From positions 27,156,001 to 27,220,000 of the forward strand of contig OZ024746.1 of assembly GCA_964016885.1 (NCBI GenBank): a stretch of 64,000 bases of DNA. Direction: 5' to 3'. A program made the translations under genes and the position numbers. The notes beneath the pieces were generated by a model. It was not told the DNA's origin, ran no database searches, and saw only the letters and a list, made by a program, of their open reading frames with translations. Positions 12,925 to 27,722 of the stretch are shown in pieces. Source of the stretch: Eledone cirrhosa. Taxonomy: Eukaryota. The number at the start of each line of letters is the position of its first letter. Within the stretch, counting starts at the first letter, position 1.

Positions 12925-14718
12925 ATGGCCGAAGCTTCTTCACCAAAATTCGAAGGAGGAAAGGGGAAGATGAACTTACAGCTTCCCCCTGCCACTGTCA
13001 CAGTAGCAGAGGTCAAGAAGAAAGGTCAGCCAGAGGAAGAATTCTCTCCACCTGTTAACCAACAACTTGACGTTGCCATGGCAACAACCCAAAGAACCAG
13101 CAGCAACAGCAACAACAACAACAATGCGACGGACGAAAACAACACCAATAACAATAACAATAACAACAACAACAAGACCAATAACGGTGACAACAACAAC
13201 AATGATAACAACAACACCACCAACGACAACAACAACACAAACAAACAAAATTTCTCCTTCGCCGAGACGACAAGGAAAACCCTCGACTATCTGCCAGTAG
13301 ATATAACAAAAGCGAAGGAGCTACTGGCGGATGCGAAAAAATATATAGTGTACGGAGAAAATGGTTCATTCACAATCCATTCCCCCCCGGAACTAAAAAG
13401 CCAGAGACTCCTAAACACGGTCATGTTTAGGACAATCTCGAACAAAAGTAAAAAACCAGCTCAACCATCACAGAGCGAGATAGAGCTGGTTTTAAAAGAC
13501 GTCATGAAGGACATCACCTTCATTCAGAAGGATAGACTCTACGGGAGTCTATCCATTCTCATGAAGGACAGGGACACAGCAGTGAAACTGTCCATCAAAC
13601 CAATCACATCCACCGCATACACCTTCTACCCTACGTACATGGGTAGAAGAACACCAAAAATAAAAATCCACACCATCCTGCCGATTATGGACATATGGTG
13701 GGTTTTGACAGGTTTTCTGGACCTGGAGGATGACATGCTGGTGTCCATGGGAAAGGCATCGGGTGACGCGTTCAGTGGAACGAGCCTCGAACTTGTAGTT
13801 CAAATGAGGCCCGAAAGGATCGCCCAGATCCCTGAACGCGTCATACTGGATGATCTAACCTTCATCAACATTACCGTTGAGGGTAGACGGCCCTCGTGTT
13901 ACCTCTGCGGAACCAGAGGTCACCTGAGGGCGGTCTGTGCCCAACTTAATAAGAAAACCCCAATCCTGCCTACACCACCAACAACTGCACAACCAACACA
14001 ATCACCACAACTACCACTACAAAAACAACCACCACAGCTCAAACCAAAACAAAACAATGACCAACCCATCCCCTCCACTCAAAAAACAAAAACAATTTCC
14101 AAAACACCCGTACCGCAAACACAACCCGAAAATATACCCCTCCCCTCCAACGCGGAAGATGACCCTAGTTCGTCGTCAGACGAGGAGGAGCACTTCCACA
14201 CAATCAAAAGAAAAAAAAGAAAACACACCTCAGACACACAAATGAAAAAAAACCCTCCCCAAAACATAACACTGACACCAACACAAAAGAGCTCACAACA
14301 ACAGCAAACAAAAAACACCACACAAAAACAAAAACATGCATACACATACATAAACACAAGAAACAAAAAACTGTTAAACATTGTGTACAACAACAATCTA
14401 ATAAAAACACAAGGGCCTAACTTCACCCAGGCAGGGGATTTCCCCCACCTCAAAATGATTAAGGCCCCACAGGACACCTATAAAACTTTAAAAAACAATT
14501 TTAAAGAGGACGTGGGTCCCCCCTGCGTCGGGCCCATTAACCGCGTCCTCCTAAAAAACTATCCCACCCCCTCCCCAAACACCCACACAACTCCAAGCTC
14601 CCCAACCACACAACACACTGATGCTCCCACACTTCCACAAACCACCACCCCACCCAACAACCCATCCCCCACCCTAATGGAAATTGTGCAGCCCGATACC
14701 CGGGACGCAGAGAGGTAA
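12925..14718 (+). CDS. LINE ORF1 (gag-like, with CCHC zinc knuckle, poly-Asn tract and Pro/Thr/Gln-rich C-terminus)
   Basis: 597-aa open frame containing CYLCGTRGHLRAVC, directly upstream of ORF2. Confidence 0.9.
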   Translation: MAEASSPKFEGGKGKMNLQLPPATVTVAEVKKKGQPEEEFSPPVNQQLDVAMATTQRTSSNSNNNNNATDENNTNNNNNNNNNKTNNGDNNNNDNNNTTNDNNNTNKQNFSFAETTRKTLDYLPVDITKAKELLADAKKYIVYGENGSFTIHSPPELKSQRLLNTVMFRTISNKSKKPAQPSQSEIELVLKDVMKDITFIQKDRLYGSLSILMKDRDTAVKLSIKPITSTAYTFYPTYMGRRTPKIKIHTILPIMDIWWVLTGFLDLEDDMLVSMGKASGDAFSGTSLELVVQMRPERIAQIPERVILDDLTFINITVEGRRPSCYLCGTRGHLRAVCAQLNKKTPILPTPPTTAQPTQSPQLPLQKQPPQLKPKQNNDQPIPSTQKTKTISKTPVPQTQPENIPLPSNAEDDPSSSSDEEEHFHTIKRKKRKHTSDTQMKKNPPQNITLTPTQKSSQQQQTKNTTQKQKHAYTYINTRNKKLLNIVYNNNLIKTQGPNFTQAGDFPHLKMIKAPQDTYKTLKNNFKEDVGPPCVGPINRVLLKNYPTPSPNTHTTPSSPTTQHTDAPTLPQTTTPPNNPSPTLMEIVQPDTRDAER

Positions 14719-14742
14719 GTGCCTTTTCTCTTCACCACCAAC

Positions 14743-17700
14743 ATGGCTATGCTAAGAGTAGGCTGTTTAAATGCGCGTGGCCTGGGCTCAACTTGGAAGC
14801 AAGCAATGCTTCTAAATGACCTCAGGTCACAACGTATAGATGTGATGGTTATTTGCGAGGCCCGGATCAGCAACGTGCGACAGCTGGCCCCCACCTTTGA
14901 TGACTTTGAGATGCACGCATCTCTCTGTCAGCCCGGAGGTGGGGGTGGAGTTGTCGTTCTGCTGCAAAAACATCTGGGTCTCGCAACACAGATGGTACAT
15001 TTGGACCCGGAGGGTCGACTAGTGGTTCTGGACCTTGGCAGTGGTAAAGGCGGAGCGTTTAGGTTGGTAGCCGCCTACGGCCCTTTCGGGTCAATGCGGC
15101 CGGACTTCTTCCATCGTCTGGAGACTTTTCTAGGGACGTCCCGCTCCTTGCTATTAGTGGGGGACTGGAATGGTATCCTAGATGCACGCTGGGACTACGT
15201 AGGGGCCTGCCCCGATAGAGAGGGGTGTAATAGCCTCAAAGGGTTAATCGGTCGATTTGACCTGGCCGATAGATATCGACTAGATTTTCCGACTGCGCCA
15301 ACCTGGACTTGGGCAAATCGTAGCGGATCATCTAGGTCGTACCTAGATAGGTTCTTAGTTAGAATTAAGGATAAGGACTTTTTAAGTTGTCCAAAAATGC
15401 GCATAGTTGGCTATTCAGACCACAAATTAGTGACCTGCATGGTCAACCTTGACAGAACTCATAGACAGGGCCCCGGTTACTGGAAGCTCAACTTGTCCTT
15501 GCCGGCAAGTAGAGCCTACAGGAATCGGATTAGTACGTTAGTTAAGGAACGGTTGACTGGAGCGATCGTCAACAGCAGGTGGTGGGTATCTCTAAAGAGA
15601 GAGATTAGAGTAGTCTCGATAGAATTTAGTAAGGTTCTAGCTGCGGATAGGAATAGGAAGGAAAGGGAGCTAATAGATAGAGTAGAAGAGGCAATTAGAA
15701 GCGGCGACGTGGCCAGAGTGCTAGCGTCGAGAACGGCTTTGAGCCAGTTTTTCGACGCGAAGCACGAAGGCTGCGTTGTCCGAAGTAAAATACGTGCTCT
15801 AGGGAACGAGGGGACCAAAGCTGTTAGCTGGGCCCGCGTGACAGAGGCCAACAGTGGAACTAAATCCACCATCCGGTCTTTGCGAGACCTGGATGGACGG
15901 GCGATTCTTGAGCCTAAGCAGATGTGTGAGGCCTTTCAAAGGCACTTTGCCCGACTGTTCGGGAGGGGCGGGGAGCCGGTTGGGAACGTGGACTTCGGTC
16001 CATACCTCGACGGCCTGCCGCGCCTCTCGGACAGGGAGGCGAAGTCCTGCGAGGAGCCGATTTCGGCCGCTGAGATAGAGGTCGTGCTGAGCCAATGCGG
16101 CAAACGCAAATCCCCGGGTCTCGATGGTCTTCCTTACGAATTATATCTAGCTATGCCGGACTTGTTCCCCGATCTCCTCGAGGCGGTCTACTGCAACTGG
16201 CAACAGAACGGGAGAATTCCCTGTACTGTGACCAAGGGCGTAGTCACGCTAGTGAGGAAGGACGAGAACAAGGGGGACGAAATAAGTAACTTCAGGCCCA
16301 TAACTCTGCTAAATACAGAGTTACAGATTTTGGCCAAGGTGCTAGCAAAGAGGTTGGCGCTTGTCGTGGGCAACCTGGTGGGAGATGTGCAGACATGCGC
16401 TATCCCGTCCAGGTCCATCCATGACAACCTCCACCTCATGCGATACATCATAGAGAGGGTTGGGAACGAACCCGGCTTTGGTGGGGCTCTGATCAACTTG
16501 GATCAATCTAAGGCGTTCGATAGGGTCGACCATGGTTACCTGGATGCGGTGCTAGCGGCGGCAGGCTTCGGACCCGTTTTCAGGGGCTGGATCACTGCTA
16601 TGCACAGCAGCCGCATCTGCTCTAGGGTCAAGGTGAACGGCTACCTCTCGGAGCCGTTCAAAATCGCGCGGTCCATCCGACAAGGGTGCCCTCTCTCCTC
16701 CCTTCTGTATGTGTTGACTCTCGAGCCACTACTGCGGAAGTTGGAGTTGTTGCAGGGCATCCCTTTGGAACCGGGATTGCGGAAAGCGGTGTCGGCCTAC
16801 GCCGATGACGTGACAGTAATGGTGTCGACGGCCTCCGAAATCGAGGCGGTCGGCACCTTACTGGAGGAGTACGAAAAGTTCACAGGGACTAAGCTGAACC
16901 GGGACAAGTCGATCGGTTTGCAACTCGGCACGTGGAGGGGCAGACCGATGCCCTCCGATAGCGTCGTCGGACGCTGGACGGAGGGCCCGGTGAAGTTGCT
17001 CGGGGTCTGGTTCGGACCGGACCTCCAGGTGGAGAAAAACTGGGCGGAGGTTACGAACAGGGTGTTTGCACTGACCCAGAAGTGGGCCAGTTGCAAACTA
17101 TCCCTGAAAGGTCGGGCGGAGGTGGCGAACACCTACATAGCGTCCGTCATCTACTACCGCCTGACCGTAGTGCCCTGCCCAAGGGAAACCCTCACCAAGA
17201 TGGAGCGCGCGCTCTTCCAATTCCTTTGGAAGAGGCGGGCTCCTATGGTGAGGAGATCCATCTGCTGTCAACACCCTTCGAAAGGAGGGCTGGGGATGCC
17301 GTGGCTAATGATGCGTAAACACGCATTAAGGCTACGGCACCTCTACGTATTCCTCACCGGACAACCGGTGTGGGCCTCGTTTGTGAGACGAACCTTTCCC
17401 AGACTCGTCTCACTCACCGAGCTGCAATCCTGGGTCAAGCAAAGACCGAGAAAACTGGGCGCCTGGCACACTGAGTGTGCCCAGGCGCTCACCGCCCTCT
17501 GGCAGGCGGATCCGGTTGTCAGTGGAGACTCCACCGCAACATTCTATAGAGGGCTGGTACGCAGTAGGTGCGACGACGCCCTCGGAGAAGCCCTAGACAT
17601 GGAGGAGGACGAACTGGCCAGCCTGTTCGGTAGGACATTCAGCCCGGGACCTATGGACAACTTCCAGAAGTCCCTGGCCTGGCAGTGCTACCGAGGGGAT

Positions 17701-18180
17701 TTACCCGTTCGAGAAAGGCTCTACAGACACGGGCGCCCGGGTAGGGACCCCGCCAAAAAGATCTGTCCCAGATGCGTGTGCGACGAGGAAACCGTTGCAC
17801 ACGCATTGGTACACTGCTCGGGCGTAGCCGATCTGTGGGGCTATGTCGAACAACTGCTGTCAAGGGTAGGACCGATCCGGTTGACCACCGAGTCTATTGT
17901 AATGATCAAGCCGCCTCCCCCCTTCAAAGATGAAGCAGAGGCGGTGTTTCTGTGCGTAATAGCCATGGCGAAAGAGGTTATATGGTGGACGCGTCTGAAA
18001 GGACTGAGGTCAGGCACCTTTCTCTCTGGCCAACAACTGGTCCGTTTCTTCCGATATCATTTCGGAAGAAGGATCAGGATGGAGAGAGAGGTGCTGCACC
18101 CCAGCCGTTTCTATGAAAGATGGGTGAAAGTGGCGAGAATGGCCCGTGTGAATGGGCCTTCACTCTACATCAGACTATAG
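14743..18180 (+). CDS. LINE ORF2: APE endonuclease, reverse transcriptase and C-terminal CCHC zinc finger
   Basis: LNARGL, GDWN, SYLDRF, SDHKLV, GPGYWKLN, KSPGLDGL, FRPITLLN, LDQSKAFDRV, RQGCPLS, YADD, CPRC..ETVAHALVHC. First ATG at 14743; the frame is open from 14719. Confidence 0.95.
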   Translation: MAMLRVGCLNARGLGSTWKQAMLLNDLRSQRIDVMVICEARISNVRQLAPTFDDFEMHASLCQPGGGGGVVVLLQKHLGLATQMVHLDPEGRLVVLDLGSGKGGAFRLVAAYGPFGSMRPDFFHRLETFLGTSRSLLLVGDWNGILDARWDYVGACPDREGCNSLKGLIGRFDLADRYRLDFPTAPTWTWANRSGSSRSYLDRFLVRIKDKDFLSCPKMRIVGYSDHKLVTCMVNLDRTHRQGPGYWKLNLSLPASRAYRNRISTLVKERLTGAIVNSRWWVSLKREIRVVSIEFSKVLAADRNRKERELIDRVEEAIRSGDVARVLASRTALSQFFDAKHEGCVVRSKIRALGNEGTKAVSWARVTEANSGTKSTIRSLRDLDGRAILEPKQMCEAFQRHFARLFGRGGEPVGNVDFGPYLDGLPRLSDREAKSCEEPISAAEIEVVLSQCGKRKSPGLDGLPYELYLAMPDLFPDLLEAVYCNWQQNGRIPCTVTKGVVTLVRKDENKGDEISNFRPITLLNTELQILAKVLAKRLALVVGNLVGDVQTCAIPSRSIHDNLHLMRYIIERVGNEPGFGGALINLDQSKAFDRVDHGYLDAVLAAAGFGPVFRGWITAMHSSRICSRVKVNGYLSEPFKIARSIRQGCPLSSLLYVLTLEPLLRKLELLQGIPLEPGLRKAVSAYADDVTVMVSTASEIEAVGTLLEEYEKFTGTKLNRDKSIGLQLGTWRGRPMPSDSVVGRWTEGPVKLLGVWFGPDLQVEKNWAEVTNRVFALTQKWASCKLSLKGRAEVANTYIASVIYYRLTVVPCPRETLTKMERALFQFLWKRRAPMVRRSICCQHPSKGGLGMPWLMMRKHALRLRHLYVFLTGQPVWASFVRRTFPRLVSLTELQSWVKQRPRKLGAWHTECAQALTALWQADPVVSGDSTATFYRGLVRSRCDDALGEALDMEEDELASLFGRTFSPGPMDNFQKSLAWQCYRGDLPVRERLYRHGRPGRDPAKKICPRCVCDEETVAHALVHCSGVADLWGYVEQLLSRVGPIRLTTESIVMIKPPPPFKDEAEAVFLCVIAMAKEVIWWTRLKGLRSGTFLSGQQLVRFFRYHFGRRIRMEREVLHPSRFYERWVKVARMARVNGPSLYIRL

Positions 18181-18444
18181 GTGAGGAAGATGAAAGACCA
18201 AGGGAGCACCCCTTCTCTGTGCTCCTGAGGAGAAGGATTGCACACTTTTTTCGGGGGTGTGTGCGACCCCCCAAGGCGCCTCCTCTCTATTGAGGATTTT
18301 GTTATAAATTTTATTTTTTGTTATATCTTATTTTATTTTTATATTTTGTTATTGCCTCCTCCTTATTGAGGACGCCTTTTTGTGTAAACTCCCCCCTTTG
18401 TACTTGTCCCACTTTTGATGCCCTAGTGGCAAATAAAAGAAACA

Positions 18445-18502
<58 letters not shown>

Positions 18503-18538
18503 CTTACGCACACACACGCACACACACGCACACACACG

Positions 18539-18611
<73 letters not shown>

Positions 18612-18800
18612 CACACATATATATATACAAACACACACACACATATATATATACAAACACACACACATATATAAATATATATATATATATACAATGTCAA
18701 TTAGATCCCTAGGGATTTTTGTACAAGTTGAATATATGTTATAAATCAAAATATGTACTTCATGCACACGTATACACGCACTCCCCCCATATATATATAT

Positions 18801-18840
<40 letters not shown>

Positions 18841-18991
18841 AATAAGATGAATCTTATTTCTTTTCTATTATAAGTTGAACCTACTTATGCAGCTTCATAT
18901 GCAAATGAGATTAATCACCTCATTTACACAGACAAGAAAACTATATATTCTCGGCTGTCTTCTAATCTAGCAGTCGCAACCAGTGGGAGGG

Positions 18992-19035
18992 ACCGTCCTG
19001 ACGAAGGCCAGTTAAGCCTGAAATGCATAGACGGT
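18992..19035 (+). ncRNA. Minimal type I hammerhead ribozyme motif in a roughly 300-bp (TA)n-flanked unit (about 18836-19143)
   Basis: ACCGTC-CTGACGA-AGGC cagttaa GCCT-GAAA-TGCA-TA-GACGGT; all stems pair perfectly. Confidence 0.9.
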
Positions 19036-19142
19036 TGTCCCCCTTGCTTCTGCTGGACATCACCTGAGGGCGTTAGCCCCCCCCCCCGGTGTTTGCATAG
19101 CTACGGCTTCCTAAAACCGTATTCCTTTGGAGTTACGAAATT

Positions 19143-19223
<81 letters not shown>

Positions 19224-21092
19224 TATATATATTTATATATATGTACATATATATATGTGTGTGTATAATGTTAGTACAGCCGCACTGTGTACGACAGGTG
19301 TCAGTTCTAGTCCCATGGGTGATGCTGTCCACTTTTTTCCGTCAAGGGACTAATATGCCCAGCTTATTTAACTAGCCCAACTTAAACTATTTTTCATTGC
19401 TAAAAACGTGCAATGAAGATATTAACTTTAAGTTAGCTTTAAATTTAAAAATTTACAACTCCCTCAAAGGTTCTACTTAGTATGTTAGCTCAAGCCTTGT
19501 GAATGAAATTGAGTAGTTGATAACTGTTTGGCAGCCAGTTGAATGGACTGTAACTGTAATTCAAATGGGCAGCATTGCTACTAGAATTTCTTAAGATCTA
19601 TCTTAATTATACACGTGTCTCTGAAATGCATATGGAAATTATGTTAAGGACACACGTGTTGGGGGAACGTTCTGCCACTTGCATGTTAATTCACAAACCA
19701 GACGTTCAGTTATGGACAATCTGGAACATTCGTCGTCGAAAATGATGGAGATCCCTTTGTTTCAATTTCATTCCCTTCACTTCCATTCCATCTAGCCTAT
19801 TGACTTTAGCCGACCAGGCACCCAGGCAAATTTGAATACTGAAGCATTGCTAATTAACGTGACAGTTACCAATTACACAATATTACCTACTATATTGTAA
19901 TAAGTTTCTACCAACCGTGGTAGTTATTCACAATGGTAAAATATATTGATCACAGACCACAGCTCAGCTCTTGTAACAGAAACCTATAACCTCTAATAAC
20001 TAGGCCAGTGCTCAATCGGCCAGATGTGACTCTAGAAAATAATATATAACGACCTCAGAGATTCCTGTCATTTAGACTCAATGAATACAATGGAGCTTAA
20101 TTTTGATACTTGAGGCAAAAAGAAGCGATACAAAAATATCTAATTCTTAGTTAGACACGAAGTATTCTCTGCAAAGAAAATAGATAAACAAGAATAGAAG
20201 ATAATAAAAGTAAATTCTTTGTAGGATATGGAGGATCAGAAATGAGATGCCCCCAATTGTTGTAAGTTAAGAAACCAATGAAGATATGTTGCTCTTCACA
20301 GACAAATATAAATACGAAAAAAATAAAATAAAACAAATGTAGCAGAAACCAAAGTAAATAAAACAATAACGAAGTAAACAAAGATATCTACACTAAAAAG
20401 CGAGGAAGCGGCGCCTATTTGATGTCTTAAGTTGCTAGAAATAGTAGCGAAATCTACTTCAAACCTCAGTTTACCGTATTAAACAATGGAAAATATACAT
20501 CAGGTAATCTAGTTCAACATCACCACAGGAATAGAGGAATGGTCATGACTGGAAAACTTTTGGATCATTTATCAGACGAAACTGAATTGACCGAAGGCCA
20601 CACAACAAAGTGAACAGCAAAAATAATCAGAAAAAAACAACATAAAAACAACAGTAGAAACAACAGTAAAAATACACAGCTAATACCAACAATAACATCA
20701 ACAACACAAACAACGATAGCAACCGCCAAAACAACAGGAAAAGAAAGAACAACAACATTTATCAAAACGTTCTTTCAATGGAGGAATTTATGTAAACCTG
20801 TAGAATTTAATATATTTTGTAGTCGTTATTTTGTCAGAGAACATTCCGTCATTCTCTGATATGACCATCATTATGGCCATAATATCTTACAAGCCTACAC
20901 ACTTGTAGTTTGTTCTTTAAATGGCAACTTTGGTGAAACTTTGAAGTATGAAGTAACTACTAATAAGAAATATTATATTGGCTTTACAAACAATATAGTG
21001 GGTATTTCTTCCACAAATCATAAATCAGTTTTAGAATTACTGAAATTGTTTTATAAAACGGTATTTTTATATGATATATATATATATATATA

Positions 21093-23063
<1,971 letters not shown>

Positions 23064-23711
23064 TCTTTACACAAAATGAGGTCAGGTGCAGTAATTCAAT
23101 ATATCTGGTAGAAAAAAATCGATGTATTTGTTAATTTAAATCTCAATTTCCAGTGCCGATAACGAGAAAACTTCCGATCACATAGCTTTTATATGTCTCT
23201 ATATGTTAATAGTTTCAGAATAGTAAAACAACGGATTATTTTTACCATTATCTGTTTTGGAATCATCGACGTTGAATTCAAAGAATCTATTTGTATATTT
23301 TCTATTCTATATAGATTAAAAAAATTATATTTTGTAAAGTGCTTTTGACCGCAAATAAAAAATAAAAAAATAAAAGAAATCCACAAAACAACCACTATAA
23401 CAAAAAAAAAAAACGCCCCCTAAACATAGAGAAAGCGCCAAGCAGACGACTAATAGTCAGTCGTATGCAAATATATTCATAGCTACCATTAACATCTAGA
23501 ACATTTGGTGATATCTTTTCCGGAGAAATATCCACAAAATGTGTAATTTGGGTGCAATAAAATTTAATGTGACCTATGCAAACATATACATAGGCATACA
23601 TATAATAATTCCTTGCACACACACACACACATATATATATTTCTAGGTATACAAACACAAACACATTTACGTATAAACGTACATCCAAACATACATACAT
23701 ACATACATACA

Positions 23712-23960
23712 TGATGGCTGTCGCCTCGTTATCGAGTATGGCCATTGCACGATATACTATTATTAATAATTATTAATTAATTCTATCGTGCAATGCCTGT
23801 GCGTGAAGATATTTTTTAAAGTGAGGAAAGACTGTGCACTGAACCAATCCCACTCTCCGAGTGACAGTAGCTATAACCCGAAAAAGAAGAAAAGATCAAT
23901 ATCATCGGTAACTACTGAGCCGCAGGTTTTATATTGGAGTTATCCCAGTTTGCTGAGTTG
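23712..23960. repeat. Old interspersed repeat, homologous to about 62808-63100
   Basis: Shared 'tcgagtatggcca', 'gcaatgcctgtgc' and 'cca.tcccactctc' in the same order. Confidence 0.55.
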
Positions 23961-24458
23961 CCTTTTCCTAGAAGAATGCCTTGACAAATACTAGGGGTCC
24001 TTCACTCCCAGTGGTTTAACCGCGCGATCGGGTGTCCAACCCGACTATTTCTATGTCGCCGCACATATACATACAAATGCACCCATGTATATACATATAT
24101 ACATACATATGTACATATGTACATGTGTATATACATATTTACACACTTTTGGATGGCCATTGACTCTTATGAGTACATACATACATACATACATACATAC
24201 ATACATACATACATACATACATAGATATAAATAGAAGATAAAAATCCTCCAGCAAAAGCGATTTAGTGTTAAATTTAAGCACATTCATACAAAGACATTC
24301 ATACACACAGAAACACACTAATATACACACTTGTTCACAAATAACTTATAGTTGACTGACATTAACGGTATAATTGATATACAATTTAAACGTATATATT
24401 TAAGTACTAACGTAACCAAACGAACGGCGACGGGCGCGTGCAGGCAAATCCACACACG

Positions 24459-24494
<36 letters not shown>

Positions 24495-24499
24495 CATAT

Positions 24500-24897
<398 letters not shown>

Positions 24898-25014
24898 TCT
24901 ATGGTACCACATGGTACCAGGAAAAACAAGGATAACTAGGCAGGAAGAAGTCGTCAGAAGAAGAAATTTATTGATTTATCTTAGTGTATATACATATATG
25001 TGTACACACATATT

Positions 25015-25047
<33 letters not shown>

Positions 25048-26325
25048 CTGTGTATGGGACAGTGTGCACGTGCTGATGCGTCTGCTATGTATGAAGGTAC
25101 GTATATACGCATTTCTTTCTGTCTGTTTGTTTGTTTGTCTGTCTTTCTGTCTCCCCCTCCCCCTCTATCTCTCTCTCTCTCTATATATTTACAGACACAT
25201 ACGCCTCCTTGTTTTTTGTTGCCTGAGTTTTATGTACCACCACTTTTATCTCTACGTGGGTGTGCGTGGGGTTGGGGTGCGATGGGGTGTGCGTATGCGT
25301 GTTTTTGTGTCTGTGTGTGTATGCGTGTGTGAGTATATATGTGTGTATGTGCGTGTTTGTGTGTGTGTGCGTGTGCGTGTGTGTGTGTGTGACACAAATA
25401 TATCTGCTAACAGACTATAAACATACGTAATATCTTCCATTTTAATAATCATATTTCTAGTCTTACTCAAATTATGTCTCTGAATTGGAATTTATTTATG
25501 AACCATTTCAAAAATTCCATCTCATATTATCGATAGAATAAATATTGATTCAAAACCAAATTATTTTCTTCATTTGGAGATCAAACATGTCTTCCAGTGA
25601 AATATCATATAAAAAAAAATATCTAAAAAATTATCGTCTTCCATAATTTTACTATCAGGTCTTTGACAATTATCAAGACGTAGTTGTTTAAAACATAATA
25701 TATCTATTTCTTTATTATGCAATACATATTTTCAGTTTTTTTCCTCGCATTGTTCGTTTCATTTCAGCGTATATTTATATTCCATATTTATTTTGATATT
25801 AATGTAGGATTAAAAATGACGTTAACAATTGTTCTTTTAAAATAAATATATATATTTTTTATCTCTATCTGAATTTCATTTTCCTTTATGACATTCGGGG
25901 TATTATATTTGATGCAATGCATTGGGAAAAGATTAACTGAGAAGAAACAATAATTCATTATTATTTTAATTCAATTCTATTTTCTGTTAATTTTTTTCCT
26001 TCCACATTCCGCCAGCAAAGTTTCAACAATATCATTTACAAAATCTATTGCTTTTACGTAATCAAGTGTAATCGAATGAATTATTATTGCATGAACAATG
26101 CTAAAATTTATGATCCAGCCTTTACAAATATACACACATTTATACGCAATCAAATGTGCGCATACTCGCACATACACAGTCACACAGACACAGACGCATA
26201 CACATCTATATTTATATATATGCATATATGCATATATATATAAATATGTATCTATATATGCGTGAATGCTTATGACTGTGCAGTTCTGTAAATATGTATA
26301 TACGTATATATATATACATATATAC

Positions 26326-26422
<97 letters not shown>

Positions 26423-26424
26423 CG

Positions 26425-26459
<35 letters not shown>

Positions 26460-26526
26460 ATATATATATATATAAATCAAATTTATATATGTATGAATAT
26501 ATGCGTGAATGCTTATGATTGTGCAG

Positions 26527-26590
<64 letters not shown>

Positions 26591-26768
26591 ACACATATGC
26601 ATAGTATTGCACGCATATATATATACATATACGAATTTGATTTATATACACTTGTTGACTGCAATTGAAATAATGCGATAACACATGCATTCATTGATGC
26701 TCATGTATGCAATCAAACACGTCACTCGGGTTCATACAATTCTCTTTCTCGCACTCTCTCTCCCTCTC

Positions 26769-26972
<204 letters not shown>

Positions 26973-27244
26973 GAGTATACGTGTTGTACAGTTGGCTCTA
27001 GTGAAACAAGAGATGTGACACAATAAGCAAGTTAGCAATATGCCAGCCCTTTAAGAAGGAAAATAGAAAGATTGTTCTCTGTTTTTATGAAAGTCTATTA
27101 ACATCTAAACTGCGGTTAGTGTTAATAATAATTAATGCAGGTAACATTAAAATATCAGTTAGAAATGAATATGCAGTGAGGAAAACATTAATAGGGAAGG
27201 AATCCCAGGAGCCCAAATTTGTAGTCTGTATGCAAAGCCGACAC

Positions 27245-27722
27245 CTGCGTATTTAACGCCCCAGGCCAGCTCTACAATGTGTGTTTGGGTATTTAACGCC
27301 CTAAGCCAGCTCTACAATATGTGTCTGGGTATTTAGCATCTTTGGGTAGCTATACAATATGGGCCTGGTTATTTAGCATTCTAGGCTAGCTCTAAAATGC
27401 GTGTCTAGGTAGTTAATGCCCTAATATTGCTCTACAATGTATATCTAGGTATTTAGAACCCTAGGCTGTCTTCTCAATGTGGGCCTGGGTATTTAACGCC
27501 CTAAGCTAGATCTATAGTAGGTGTCTGGTTATTTAGGGCCATACGATAGCTCTACAACGTGTGCTTGGGTATTGAGCGTTCTAGGTTAGCTCTACAATAT
27601 ATGCCTGGCTATTTACTGCCCTAGGTTAGCTCTACAATATGTGCCTGGATATTTTGCGGCCTAGTTTAGATATAAGATATGTGCCTGGTTATTTAGCAGC
27701 CTAGCTTAGATTTACAATGTAG
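27245..27722. repeat. Degenerate 40-bp minisatellite, about 12 copies
   Basis: Approximate consensus GTATTTAACGCCCTAGGCTAGCTCTACAATATGTGCCTGG. Confidence 0.85.

Larger units (their letters stand above)
12711..18445 (+). mobile_element. Full-length Tx1/L1-clade non-LTR retrotransposon inserted in (ATCT)n
   Basis: Two intact ORFs; 3' UTR with AATAAA at 18432; (ATCT)n at 12652-12710 and 18446-18500. Confidence 0.93.

Noticed and set aside
15195-17863. Antisense and alternative-frame ORFs inside LINE ORF2
   Set aside because: Expected shadows of a GC-rich coding region; no motifs recognised.
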